Source: Acidimicrobiales bacterium (GTDB lineage Bacteria; Actinomycetota; Acidimicrobiia; Acidimicrobiales; RAAP-2). Taken from it: a DNA stretch of 64,000 bases. Positions 1 to 10,842 of this stretch are shown here, piece by piece (within the stretch, counting starts at the first letter, position 1; each line of letters begins with the position of its first letter). The DNA is taken from NCBI GenBank assembly GCA_036264255.1, contig DATARI010000132.1, positions 2,775 to 66,774 on the forward strand. Direction: 5' to 3'. A program made the translations under genes and the position numbers. The notes under the pieces are model-generated. The model worked only from the letters and a program-made list of their open reading frames with translations. It ran no database searches and was not told the origin of the DNA.

Positions 1-99
1 CTCATGTGTTCCTCCTGATTGGTTGTTGATTGTTCGGTAACGCTCTGGGTTCGCATGGCAAAAATCCGATGAGCGCGACGGGCGGACCGCTCGCTCGGG

Positions 100-549
100 C
101 TAGGAGACCGTCAAGGTCCCCGACATGTACTGATGAATCGTGCAGATGTAGGGGTAGCTTCCGGCCTTGTTCGGAGCCGTGAACGTCTTGGATTGACCCG
201 CTTGGATATCGCCGGTGTCGAAGCCTCCGGTCTTGCTGGTCACGGTGTGGGCGACGCTGTCGCTGTTGGTCACGGTCACCGTGGTTCCGGGGGCGACTGT
301 GATGCTGCTCGGCGAGAAGGCGAAGTTCTTGATGGTGATGGCTTTGCCGCCGCCCGATGCCGTTGATCCCGTTGACCCCGATTGGGTCGAGTTCGTGGCC
401 GCGCTCCCGCCCGATGAACACGAGGCCAGCACCAGGGCGCCACCGAACACACCGATGACCGCCAGCCGGCGGATGGGCCGGCCCCGCGATGTCGGCTGGC
501 GGCGATGGTGGGGAGCAACGGGGCCCGGCGAGTGCGTCATGCACCCCAT
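100..549 (-). CDS. Cupredoxin (amicyanin/plastocyanin-like type-1 copper protein), probable lipoprotein
   Basis: 149-aa ORF with a basic N-terminus and the lipobox-like segment LVLASC. It shows a type-1 copper ligand pattern: His in SDSVAHTV and C-x2-H-x2-M in YICTIHQYM, as in amicyanin. The exact start is uncertain. Confidence 0.8.
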   Translation of the reverse strand: MGCMTHSPGPVAPHHRRQPTSRGRPIRRLAVIGVFGGALVLASCSSGGSAATNSTQSGSTGSTASGGGKAITIKNFAFSPSSITVAPGTTVTVTNSDSVAHTVTSKTGGFDTGDIQAGQSKTFTAPNKAGSYPYICTIHQYMSGTLTVS

Positions 550-605
550 TCGGAGCCAGGCCGTCCCCCGGATGGGTGCATCTGGCCCGCCGGGGCTATT
601 GCTCC

Positions 606-1604
606 TCAGCCAACCGCGCCCGATGTCGCCGGAGCCGGTGCCAGATACTGGTCGATGGCGGAGGAAATTCCGCCGGCGATCGCGGCCTGACCGCTGACGC
701 TGTCGGCGATAGAGCCTTCAAAGGGGTCGGTGAGGTACAGCGGTTCGATCACCGCTCCCGGCATCGAACTCGGCGTGGAGAAGAATCCCGACATGGCCGG
801 TCCGATGAGCATCAAATGGTCGTAGGCGGCGGCCTCGGCGGCGATCCCACCCGACGAGGGACTCCCCACATAGGAGCCGAGGGCGGAATCGGGCTGCACG
901 CCGTCGTCGGGGATGCCCCATCCATGGGCATTCAGGGCCTCCAGCACATCGGTCTGCAGCATCGTCGCCAGTCGTTGATTCGCCGACGCGAACGACCGGT
1001 CGGGGTCGTAGGCGGTGAGGCTGCCGGCCGTCCGGGCCGAGTTGCTGGCGTCGTAATAGATCCCGACCAGGGCGGCGGCCCCGGCGTCGTTGGCACACTG
1101 ATCGCGGGCGGCCACGTCGTCATGGGCGCCTTGGAGGGTGAGCACGCCCCCGGACACGTCACCGGGGCCGAGCCGGAGGACGGTGGTGTCGCGGGTCCGT
1201 GACACGACGACCCGGAAACCGTCGGCGCGAAGCTGGGTTGCCACGTCGAGTTCAACCGGAAGCGTCTCGTCCGCCTCGTCGATGGTTTTCCCCGAACCGG
1301 TGGACCCGACCCCGCCCGGGTCGATGCCGCCGTGGCCGGCATCGAGAAATACCGTCTGGTGCCGGTTACCGGACGTGGGCTCGAATGCCATACAGGCCCC
1401 GGGGGCGAAGGCGGCGGGATCCAACGCGGTGCCCCCGGACGCCTGGGAGGAGCCGCCGGTCAGGGCGATCACCCCGCCGACCATGATCACCAGCCCCAGG
1501 AGGGCAACTGCGGATCGGCGGCGGCGGAGAACCCGCCGTGACGGCGGTGGGGAAGGCACGGTGGCCCTCGATGGTAGCGAGGCCGGATCCGGAAGCGGCA
1601 GCAC
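606..1604 (-). CDS. N-acetylmuramoyl-L-alanine amidase (Amidase_3 type)
   Basis: Has an N-terminal membrane/signal segment (AVALLGLVIMVGGVIAL) and the VFLDAGHGGIDPGG motif typical of Amidase_3 cell-wall amidases. The start may lie further in, at a GTG near 1532. Confidence 0.8.
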   Translation of the reverse strand: MLPLPDPASLPSRATVPSPPPSRRVLRRRRSAVALLGLVIMVGGVIALTGGSSQASGGTALDPAAFAPGACMAFEPTSGNRHQTVFLDAGHGGIDPGGVGSTGSGKTIDEADETLPVELDVATQLRADGFRVVVSRTRDTTVLRLGPGDVSGGVLTLQGAHDDVAARDQCANDAGAAALVGIYYDASNSARTAGSLTAYDPDRSFASANQRLATMLQTDVLEALNAHGWGIPDDGVQPDSALGSYVGSPSSGGIAAEAAAYDHLMLIGPAMSGFFSTPSSMPGAVIEPLYLTDPFEGSIADSVSGQAAIAGGISSAIDQYLAPAPATSGAVG

Positions 1605-1627
1605 CCCTACCAGCTAGGTTGGCCCCG

Positions 1628-2260
1628 ATGGATGAACTTTCATCCGACCGGGGGGTTGGCAACGAAGAACTGTTCGGGATGATCGACCTCGAGCTGGCGA
1701 GCGACGCCAATCTGGTGGTGGCGGTGGCCCGTTGTCATCAGCCGGCGCTGGCGGAGGCCTACCGGCGACACGGGGGTGCCGTCCACGCCCTGTCCCGCCG
1801 GATCCTGTCCAACGACACCCCGGCCGAGGAGATCACCCAGGAAGTCTTCATCGACCTCTGGCAGCATCCCGAGAAATTCGATGCCCAGCGGGGAACCCTC
1901 CGCTCCTTCCTGTTGGCCCGGACCCACGGGAAGTCCATCGACTTCATCCGGTCGGAGACCGCCCGCCGGCGCCGGGAGGACCGCACCACCCGCGAGACGG
2001 CGGTCGCCGGTTATGACGTCGAGCACCAAGTCTGGGACATGGCGGTGGCCGAACAGGTCCAAGAGGCGCTGGCGGCGCTACCCGACGAACTGCGTCAGCC
2101 GATTCTGTTGGCTTATTTCGGTGGTCATACTTATCAGGAGGTCGCCAAGATGTTGGGAGCGCCGGAAGGTACCGTGAAGAGCCGGATCCGGGTCGGTCTG
2201 GGCCGACTCCGGGTCAACCTGGCCGCTCGGGGCGTCGAACCGGCCGGAGCCGAGCGGTGA
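1628..2260 (+). CDS. ECF-type RNA polymerase sigma factor (SigK-like by partner)
   Basis: Region 2 (EEITQEVFIDLWQHPEKFD) and region 4 HTH (YQEVAKMLGAPEGTVKSRIRVGLGRL) are readable. I chose ATG 1628 (MDELSS) over the longer track ORF. The stop overlaps the anti-sigma start (GTGA). Confidence 0.85.
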   Translation: MDELSSDRGVGNEELFGMIDLELASDANLVVAVARCHQPALAEAYRRHGGAVHALSRRILSNDTPAEEITQEVFIDLWQHPEKFDAQRGTLRSFLLARTHGKSIDFIRSETARRRREDRTTRETAVAGYDVEHQVWDMAVAEQVQEALAALPDELRQPILLAYFGGHTYQEVAKMLGAPEGTVKSRIRVGLGRLRVNLAARGVEPAGAER

Positions 2261-3093
2261 GTGACACCATGCCAGAACTAACCCATCAAGAGATCGAAGA
2301 CCTTCTCGGGGCCTACGCCCTCGATGCGCTGGAACCGGAAGAGAAGGCCCAAGTCGAAGCCCACCTCCGGGAGTGCATCCGGTGCGTCATCGAGGTGGGC
2401 CAGCATCACGAGGTGACCGGCCTGTTGGCCAACTCCGGAGGCGACGCCTCTGACGAACTCTGGCGCAAGATCGCCGAACGCCTGGATCCACCGTCGAGCG
2501 TTCCTTCCTGGGATCGGCTGGCGGCCCGGCTCGACCCCGCCGGTCCTCCCGACCCGGAGGACCAGTCGGCCACGGTCATCCCCCTCGACCAGAGTCGGCG
2601 CCGGAACCGGTGGATGGTCCGGACCGCCAGCCTGGTGGCGGCCGCCGCCGCGGTGCTGGCGGTGGTCCTCGGGGTCCAGGTGAACCATCTCAACCATCAG
2701 GTCAACGCCCTCAACTCGAGCCACCAGTCGGTGAGTTCCGCCGCCCAGGCCGCCCTGGAGAACCCCACCACCCAGCGGATCCAGCTGACGCCGCCGGCGA
2801 CCTCGTCCGGACCCAAGGGGACCTCGGTCACCCTGGTGGTCGGGTCATCGGGCACCGGCTATGTGTTCGCCTCCGACCTCGCCCCCCTTCCGGCCAACCA
2901 GACCTATCAACTCTGGGGGGCGATCAGCGGTCAGCTGGTCTCCCTCGGCGTCCTCGGCCCCGACCCCGGCGTCCGTGCCTTCACCTACGACACCGCGACC
3001 AAGGTCCAGGCGTTCGCCATCACCGCCGAGCGGGGCGGGGGTGTGGTGCAGACCACCAACCTTCCGGTGGTGGAGGCGGCGGTCAAGGCCTGA
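2257..3093 (+). CDS. Anti-sigma factor, zf-HC2 N-terminus with RskA-like C-terminal domain
   Basis: Has the zf-HC2 motif H-x3-C-x2-C (EAHLRECIRC), a central TM segment (LVAAAAAVLAVVLGV) and a C-terminal RskA-type block (NQTYQLWGAI...AFAITAERGGG). Translationally coupled to the sigma gene. Confidence 0.8.
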   Translation: MSDTMPELTHQEIEDLLGAYALDALEPEEKAQVEAHLRECIRCVIEVGQHHEVTGLLANSGGDASDELWRKIAERLDPPSSVPSWDRLAARLDPAGPPDPEDQSATVIPLDQSRRRNRWMVRTASLVAAAAAVLAVVLGVQVNHLNHQVNALNSSHQSVSSAAQAALENPTTQRIQLTPPATSSGPKGTSVTLVVGSSGTGYVFASDLAPLPANQTYQLWGAISGQLVSLGVLGPDPGVRAFTYDTATKVQAFAITAERGGGVVQTTNLPVVEAAVKA

Positions 3094-3107
3094 CCGCCTT
3101 CGAGCAG

Positions 3108-3809
3108 TTAGTCGCGGTGGACCTGGCGGAGCCCGGCCCAGGCCAGGTCGGCCACCCGGGTGGCCAGCAATGAGGCTTCGGAGGAGATGCCGCTGATGCC
3201 GTCACCATCGTCGGCGGTGGCCATGGGCGGGACGTCGCGGCCGAGCCAGAGGCGGCTGGCCCCTTCCACCATCCCCACCACCGAGTAGGCCAGCAGCAGC
3301 CGGTGCTCCGGCTCCAGGCCGGCGTCGATCAGCGGGTCGATGGCCTGGGCGATGGTGTCCTCCACCCGTCGGAGGGCTTCCCCCAGCTCGGTGTCGTCGG
3401 GGGCGTCCCGCCCGTAGATCAGCCGGAACGACTGCTCGTTGTCGACCATCATCTCGAAGTAGGCGGCCATCCCTTCCTCCACTTGCTGCCGTGGTCCGTC
3501 GGCGGCGGCCACCGCGGTGCCGATCCGGTCGATGAGGGCGTGGGAGAACGAGTCGAGCAGTTCCAGATAGAGGGCGCGCTTGGAGTCGAAGTGCTGGTAG
3601 ACGAGGGGTTTGGTGACCCCGGCGGCTTCGGCGATGTCGTCCATGGTGGTGGCGGCGTAGCCGCGCTCCGCGAAGAGGGAGAGGGCCTCGTCGAACAGCT
3701 GCCGCCGGCGCTCCTCGGCGGTGAGCCTGCGGCTGGAGGAGGGGGAGCCGACCGGTTGGTCGCCCGAACCCTGCCGGTCGGTCGTCGTCATGCCGGTCAT
3801 CCCGGTCAT
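3108..3809 (-). CDS. TetR-family transcriptional regulator
   Basis: TetR HTH: FAERGYAATTMDDIAEAAGVTKPLVYQHFDSKRALY. The 431-aa track ORF was trimmed to ATG at 3809 (MTGMTGMTTT); the upstream part is R/P/S-rich read-through. Confidence 0.85.
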   Translation of the reverse strand: MTGMTGMTTTDRQGSGDQPVGSPSSSRRLTAEERRRQLFDEALSLFAERGYAATTMDDIAEAAGVTKPLVYQHFDSKRALYLELLDSFSHALIDRIGTAVAAADGPRQQVEEGMAAYFEMMVDNEQSFRLIYGRDAPDDTELGEALRRVEDTIAQAIDPLIDAGLEPEHRLLLAYSVVGMVEGASRLWLGRDVPPMATADDGDGISGISSEASLLATRVADLAWAGLRQVHRD

Positions 3810-3894
3810 GGTAGCCGGGCCGGAAATGGCCCTTTCTCGGACTCGCCGGACTCGCCGTCCGGCCGTCGGCAGTGCGCCCGAATCCCTTGGACGC

Positions 3895-5010
3895 CTAGAG
3901 ACCCGGGAGGGCCTGGCTGATGCGCTCGGGCAGGTCGGCAGTTGAGAAGTGGGAGGCGGCCACCTCGAAGTTGTCATCGAGGAGGGTGGGGTCCGGCGCA
4001 TCCAGCCAGGCTCCGAGCTCCTCGGTCTGGTCGAGGCGGAACCACCGGAACCCGAAGGCGGCCAACTCGGCGGCCACCGGATAGGGCCCGATGGCCAACG
4101 GGCGGCGATGGATGGCCGACTCGACCGAGGGGTTGCCGAACCCCTCCCAGGTGGAGGGGAGGGCGACCACATCACAGCCCGAGTAAGCGGCGAGGACGCC
4201 GCCGGGAGGGGCGCCGCCCGGCCACCCGTGGACGACCGGGCACGAGGCGCCGGCCACCAGCCGGTCGAGCTCGGGACCGTAGCCGTCCTCTGCCGGCCCG
4301 AGCAGCCAGTAGACCGCCCCCAGTTGCGCCGCCACCTCCATCCCGCCGGCCACGTTCTTCCTCGGGAGGGCCCGGGTGGGCTGGAGCACGAGGCGCTGTG
4401 CATCCCCCAGCCCCAGCGACTGGCGGACCTGGTGGCGCCAGGTCCGGTCGCGGTCGGGGTCGGGTGCCTCCGGGTCGAAGGAGTTGTAGATGGTGGTGGC
4501 GTCGATGCCGGCCTCGGCCAGCTGGCGGCGGCTGAGTTGGTTGATGGTCACATGGTTCCAGCGCCGATCGTTGGGTGGAGGCCCGTGATCGGCGAACTGC
4601 GGCCGCTGCCAGGGCAGGTCGTGATGGTGCAGGAGGGCCGGTCGGTTGGCCAGCACCCGGGCCGCCACCTTGGCCGCCCCCGGATTGAGGGGGAGGGAGC
4701 AGAGGTTCTCCACCACCACCAGGTCCGCCCCGGCGAGGGCGGAGCCCAACTCGTCGGCCGTCGGAGGATCACCGGCGCCGATCGCCAATCCCGGAAGGAG
4801 GTGGTCGACCGGTCCGTCGCCGGCCACCGTCACGATGGTGAATCCGAGGGACTCCAATGCCGCCGCCCACTTGGCCGCTTCGATGGCCACCCCGTCGGAT
4901 CCTCCGAGGCGGAACGAGAGAAGGGCGGCGGTCGGAATGGGGTAACGGTAGTGCCGCGGCTCGGGGGAATTGCCGTCCAGGGGGGAGACCGGGACAACGG
5001 GACATCGCAC
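3895..5010 (-). CDS. Glycosyltransferase, GT4 (GT-B fold) family
   Basis: C-terminal GT1/GT4 signature region: ALPSTWEGFGNPSVESAIHRRPLA (E-x7-E-like). N-terminal GG-containing strand: LLSFRLGGSDGVAIEAAKW. The start is uncertain; GTG at 5010 was chosen. Confidence 0.7.
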   Translation of the reverse strand: MRCPVVPVSPLDGNSPEPRHYRYPIPTAALLSFRLGGSDGVAIEAAKWAAALESLGFTIVTVAGDGPVDHLLPGLAIGAGDPPTADELGSALAGADLVVVENLCSLPLNPGAAKVAARVLANRPALLHHHDLPWQRPQFADHGPPPNDRRWNHVTINQLSRRQLAEAGIDATTIYNSFDPEAPDPDRDRTWRHQVRQSLGLGDAQRLVLQPTRALPRKNVAGGMEVAAQLGAVYWLLGPAEDGYGPELDRLVAGASCPVVHGWPGGAPPGGVLAAYSGCDVVALPSTWEGFGNPSVESAIHRRPLAIGPYPVAAELAAFGFRWFRLDQTEELGAWLDAPDPTLLDDNFEVAASHFSTADLPERISQALPGL

Positions 5011-5087
5011 CGACGAGCGACTACCGTCGCGCCGTGCCCGACGACCCCGCCCCCTCTGCCCAACCGGCACCGCCCGCCCCCGAGCCG

Positions 5088-6898
<1,811 letters not shown>

Positions 6899-6944
6899 CC
6901 GCCCGGTCGATGGGCAGCTTGCCCGGCGCACTGTCGAGGGTCCG

Positions 6945-7850
6945 ATGATGTTGACCGGGAACATCCACGCCGATCCGCTCGGCCTGTTGATCGCCTTCGG
7001 TGGCGGGATGCTGTCGTTCCTCTCCCCCTGCGTGCTCCCGCTGGTACCGGGTTACCTGTCGATGGTCTCGGGGCTGTCGGCCGCCGAGCTCGACTCCCTC
7101 CGGTTGTCGCCCCCGGTGCCGACCGGTCCGGCGGCCCTCCCGCCCCTGGTCCCCGCCTCCGGCAGCGGTGGGTCCGTTTCGGTGGCGACCGTCCCGTCCC
7201 CGGTGGCGGCGCCGACGGCCACCGACCTCCGGGGCGAGCGGGCCCGGCTGCTGCGGGGGATCCTCCTGTTCATCGCCGGCTTCACCGTGGTGTTCACCAT
7301 CCTCGGGGCCTCGGCGTCGGCCCTCGGCCACCTGTTCCACACCCATCTGCCCGAGCTCACCCGGCTGTCGGGCTATCTCATCGTGGCCTTCGGGCTGGTG
7401 CTGGTGGCGCTGGCCTCCGGGATCCGGCTGCCGGCGGCGGTGACCGGGGAACGCCGATTCCTCATCCGAACCTCACTGCTGGGGGCGTGGGCGCCCCCCA
7501 TCATGGGTGCCGCCTTCGCGTTCGCCTGGACGCCCTGCATCGGGCCGATCCTCGGCAGCGTGCTCACCCTGGCCGCCGGCACCGGGGGGACCACCGCCGG
7601 CGGGATCGCCCTGCTGTTGGCCTACTCGCTGGGCCTCGGGGTGCCGTTCCTCCTCTTCGGCCTGGCCTTCGGGCGGATGACCGACCTGCTGGCCCGCTTC
7701 CGGGGGAAGCTGCGCTTCGTGGACCTGGTCGGGGGGGCGGTATTGATCGCCTTCGGCATCCTGCTCATCACCGGGAACGTCGATGTGATCTCCATCCATA
7801 TCTCCAATTGGCTCCGCGACCTGCACCTGGGCCGGCTGGCCACCAGCTGA
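6945..7850 (+). CDS. ccdA: Cytochrome c biogenesis thiol-reductant transporter CcdA (DsbD family)
   Basis: Has both conserved Cys-Pro motifs, SFLSPCVLPLVPGYLS and FAFAWTPCIGPILG, is polytopic, and sits immediately upstream of ccmA. Confidence 0.85.
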   Translation: MMLTGNIHADPLGLLIAFGGGMLSFLSPCVLPLVPGYLSMVSGLSAAELDSLRLSPPVPTGPAALPPLVPASGSGGSVSVATVPSPVAAPTATDLRGERARLLRGILLFIAGFTVVFTILGASASALGHLFHTHLPELTRLSGYLIVAFGLVLVALASGIRLPAAVTGERRFLIRTSLLGAWAPPIMGAAFAFAWTPCIGPILGSVLTLAAGTGGTTAGGIALLLAYSLGLGVPFLLFGLAFGRMTDLLARFRGKLRFVDLVGGAVLIAFGILLITGNVDVISIHISNWLRDLHLGRLATS

Positions 7851-7933
7851 GGCGCCCGGCCCGCCCCAGGTCGCCGCATTGTCGGCCCCCGCCTGGCCCG
7901 AGATGGCTGTCCCCCGTAGCATGAACGGCGGTC

Positions 7934-8656
7934 ATGGCCCCGGCATCTGCTCCCTCCCCAGCTCCCAGCTCTGCCCTCTCGCTCCGTGACGTCGTCGCGC
8001 TCTCCGGGCGGTTTCCGCTGCTGGCCGGCGTCGACCTCGAGGTGGCGGTGGGGGAGACGGTCCTGATCGAAGGGCCGAACGGGGCGGGCAAGACCAGCCT
8101 GCTCCGGGTGGTCGCCGGTCTGGTCCCGGTCGCCTCCGGCCAGGCGACGGTGCTGGGTCTCGATCCGGTCCGCCACCGCACCGAGGTGCGCCGCCGGGTC
8201 GGGCTGCTCGCCCACGCCTCCCACCTCTACGACGACCTCAACGTGAGAGAGAACGTCCGGTTCGCGGTGAGGGCGGCGGGGGCCGACCCCTCCCGGATCG
8301 GGGATGCCTGCGAGCGGCTGGGACTGACCGGGCGGCTGCTCCGCACCGGGGCGGCCAAACTCTCCGCCGGGCAACGGCGCCGGGTGGCGCTGGCGGTGCT
8401 GGTGGCCCGGGCCCCCGAGCTCTGGCTGCTCGACGAGCCCCACGCCGGCCTCGACGCCTCGGCCCGCACCCTGCTCAACGAGCTCATCGCCGAAGCCACC
8501 GCCAACGGGGCCACCGCCCTGGTGGCCTCCCACGAACCCGAGCTGGTGGCGTCGTTGGCCAACCGGTCGGTGACCATCACCGGGGGCCGGGTCACCGCCG
8601 AACGCCCGATCGTCACCACCGTGCACCCGCCGGCGAGGATCATCCATGTGGCGTGA
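7934..8656 (+). CDS. ccmA: Heme exporter ATP-binding protein CcmA
   Basis: Walker A GPNGAGKTS, signature LSAGQRRR, Walker B LWLLDEP. First gene of the ccmABCDE order; overlaps ccmB by 11 nt. Confidence 0.8.
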   Translation: MAPASAPSPAPSSALSLRDVVALSGRFPLLAGVDLEVAVGETVLIEGPNGAGKTSLLRVVAGLVPVASGQATVLGLDPVRHRTEVRRRVGLLAHASHLYDDLNVRENVRFAVRAAGADPSRIGDACERLGLTGRLLRTGAAKLSAGQRRRVALAVLVARAPELWLLDEPHAGLDASARTLLNELIAEATANGATALVASHEPELVASLANRSVTITGGRVTAERPIVTTVHPPARIIHVA

Positions 8657-9317
8657 CACCTTGTTGATGGCCGGCAAGGACCTCCGCATCGAAGCCCGGT
8701 CGCGGGTCGCCCTCAGCCAGGTGGCGCCGTTCGGGATCGTCGCCCTGGTGCTGTTCGCCTTCGCCCTCGGGCCCGACCGGGCGCCGATGGTCAAGGGCGC
8801 CCCCGGGCTGTTCTGGGTGGCGATGCTGTTCTCCTCGGTACTTGCCATCCAGCGGAGCGTCTCGGTGGAGGCGGTCGACGGCGCCCGCGACGGGCTGCGC
8901 CTCTCGGGGCTGGACCCGGCCGGCCAGTTCCTCGGGAAGACCCTGTCGGTGGCGGCGCAGCTGCTGGTGCTCGAGGTGGTCCTCGGGGTGGGAGTGGTGC
9001 TGCTCTACGGGGCCAGCATCTCCACCTTCTGGCTGATCGCGGTGTCCTGCCTGCTCGGGACCGTCGGCCTGGCGGCGGCCGGCACCCTCTACGGCGCCCT
9101 GTCGGCCGGCCTCCGGATCAAGGAGACCCTGCTCCCCTTCCTGTTGCTGCCGGTGGTGGCCCCCGTGCTGCTGGCCGGCACCCGCATGTGGCAGGCTGCC
9201 CTCTCCGGCGGGACGCCGTCCAACGGCACGCCGTGGTTCCACCTCCTCATCGCCTTCGACGCCGTGTACCTGGCTCTCGGGGTGGTCGTGTACGGACCGA
9301 TCCAGGAGACGGCGTGA
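8646..9317 (+). CDS. ccmB: Heme exporter membrane protein CcmB
   Basis: 223-aa polytopic protein lying between ccmA and ccmC. The assignment rests on position and general resemblance to CcmB. Confidence 0.75.
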   Translation: MWRDTLLMAGKDLRIEARSRVALSQVAPFGIVALVLFAFALGPDRAPMVKGAPGLFWVAMLFSSVLAIQRSVSVEAVDGARDGLRLSGLDPAGQFLGKTLSVAAQLLVLEVVLGVGVVLLYGASISTFWLIAVSCLLGTVGLAAAGTLYGALSAGLRIKETLLPFLLLPVVAPVLLAGTRMWQAALSGGTPSNGTPWFHLLIAFDAVYLALGVVVYGPIQETA

Positions 9318-10162
9318 CAACGAACACAGTGGTGCAATCCCCCCGGATGATCTGGACGACCCGGATCATCGGCATCCTCGCCCTGGTGGGGACCGCCTTC
9401 ACCGTCTGGCTGGGCCTGTGGGTGACGCCGCCCGACCGGACCCAGGGCGACCTGGTGCGGTTGGTCTACATCCACCCGGGGGTGGCCTGGGTGGCCCTGT
9501 ACCTGGCCTTCGGGCTGGCCGCCGGGTGCAGCCTGCTGTATCTCTGGCCCCGGACCCGTTCGCTCTTCTGGGACCGGTTGGCCGCCGCCTCCGTCGAGGT
9601 CGGGGTGATCTTCAACGTCTGCACCTTGATCTCCGGATCGATCTGGGGCAAGCCGACCTGGGGGGTGTGGTGGGCCTGGGACGCCCGACTCACCAGCACC
9701 GCGGTGCTGCTGGTCCTGTTCCTCGGCTACCTGGCCCTCCGGCGGGTGCCGGCGGAGCCGGAGGTGCGGGCCCGGCGGAGTGCGTTCGCCGCCCTGTTCG
9801 CGGTGGTCGACGTACCCATCGTCCACTTCTCCGTGGTGTGGTGGAAGACGCTCCACCAGGGGGCCACCGTGCTCAACGCCAACCTGTCGCCCACCATCCA
9901 CGGTTCGATGGCCTGGACGCTGCTGCTGGGGTTCGTCGCCCTGACCCTCGCCTTCGTCTGGATGCTCCTGGTGCGCTATCGGATCGGGGCGCTGGAGGAC
10001 TACCTCGGCTCCGGCGAACTGGACATGGCCCTCCTCGAGCGACAGTCGGAAGGGGCGGTGGCCGAGACGGCGCCCGACCCCCTCGCCCCGGTGGGCGACG
10101 GCCGGGCTCCGGTTCCGGCCGAGGCGCCCCGCCAGCCGGCTCCGGCCGAGGTGTCCCGATGA
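9314..10162 (+). CDS. ccmC: Heme exporter/heme-handling protein CcmC
   Basis: Tryptophan-rich WWD motif WGKPTWGVWWAWDARLTS. The GTG start at 9314 overlaps the ccmB stop (GTGA), with AGGAG upstream. Confidence 0.9.
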   Translation: MTTNTVVQSPRMIWTTRIIGILALVGTAFTVWLGLWVTPPDRTQGDLVRLVYIHPGVAWVALYLAFGLAAGCSLLYLWPRTRSLFWDRLAAASVEVGVIFNVCTLISGSIWGKPTWGVWWAWDARLTSTAVLLVLFLGYLALRRVPAEPEVRARRSAFAALFAVVDVPIVHFSVVWWKTLHQGATVLNANLSPTIHGSMAWTLLLGFVALTLAFVWMLLVRYRIGALEDYLGSGELDMALLERQSEGAVAETAPDPLAPVGDGRAPVPAEAPRQPAPAEVSR

Positions 10163-10311
10163 GGTACGTGGTTTCCGGGTACACGGTGGTGCTCGCCATC
10201 CTCTTCCTCTACGGCTTGCAGCTGCTGTGGCGCCGGCGCCGGCTCAACCGGCTGGTCGCCGACGTCGAGCGCTCGGCCGCCGGTGACCGACCCGACCCGG
10301 GGGCCGAGTGA
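10159..10311 (+). CDS. ccmD: Small single-TM protein at the CcmD position
   Basis: 50 aa with one TM segment (YTVVLAILFLYGLQLLW) followed by RRRR. ATGA overlap with ccmC and GTGA overlap with ccmE. Assigned by size, topology and position only. Confidence 0.55.
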   Translation: MRYVVSGYTVVLAILFLYGLQLLWRRRRLNRLVADVERSAAGDRPDPGAE

Positions 10312-10790
10312 CCACCGCCCCGGTGGTGACCGGGACCCCACCTGCCGCCCGTTCGGTAACCACCTCGCGGGCCAAGAGCCATCGGCTCCGCTACGCCACC
10401 GTCGGGCTGGTGCTGGTCGGGGCGTTCGCCTTCTTGCTGGTGAAGGGGCTGAGCAGCGCCATCAACTTCTACCTGCCGGTGGACCAGGCCCTCCACCAGC
10501 AGTCCAGCCTCGGGGGCCAGACCTTCAACCTCGAGGGGCTGGTCGAGCCGGGTTCCATCCAGTCCACGTCCAAGGGGGTGAACTTCACCCTCACCGCCGG
10601 CGGGGATTCGATGCGGGTGGTCAACACCGGCAGCCCGCCCCAGCTGTTCCAGAAGAACATCCCGGTGATCGCGGTCGGCCACCTGTCGGGCGGCACCTTC
10701 GTCTCGAATCAGATCCTGGTCAAGCACTCGGCGAACTACATCGCCGCCAACCCGGGGCGGGTGACGGCCCCGAACGGGAGCAAGCGATGA
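10308..10790 (+). CDS. ccmE: Heme chaperone CcmE
   Basis: N-terminal membrane anchor, OB-like body and the C-terminal H-x3-Y heme-attachment motif (LVKHSANY). Confidence 0.85.
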   Translation: MTTAPVVTGTPPAARSVTTSRAKSHRLRYATVGLVLVGAFAFLLVKGLSSAINFYLPVDQALHQQSSLGGQTFNLEGLVEPGSIQSTSKGVNFTLTAGGDSMRVVNTGSPPQLFQKNIPVIAVGHLSGGTFVSNQILVKHSANYIAANPGRVTAPNGSKR

Positions 10791-10842
10791 CCGGCCGACT
10801 CTGGCGACATCTGACCGGCGGGTCCGCGGCCGGATCGGCACG

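Noticed and set aside
3810-4403. Long N-terminal extensions in track ORFs (3108-4403, 35801-37099, 36523-37716, 40200-41456, 42595-44517, 44592-45989, 57934-59130, 59172-59609, 60187-61407)
   Set aside because: The recognisable domain begins at an internal ATG or GTG, often with an RBS or a 4-nt overlap to the upstream gene. The extensions overlap neighbouring genes and are Arg/Pro/Ser-rich. Each ORF was trimmed to its internal start.
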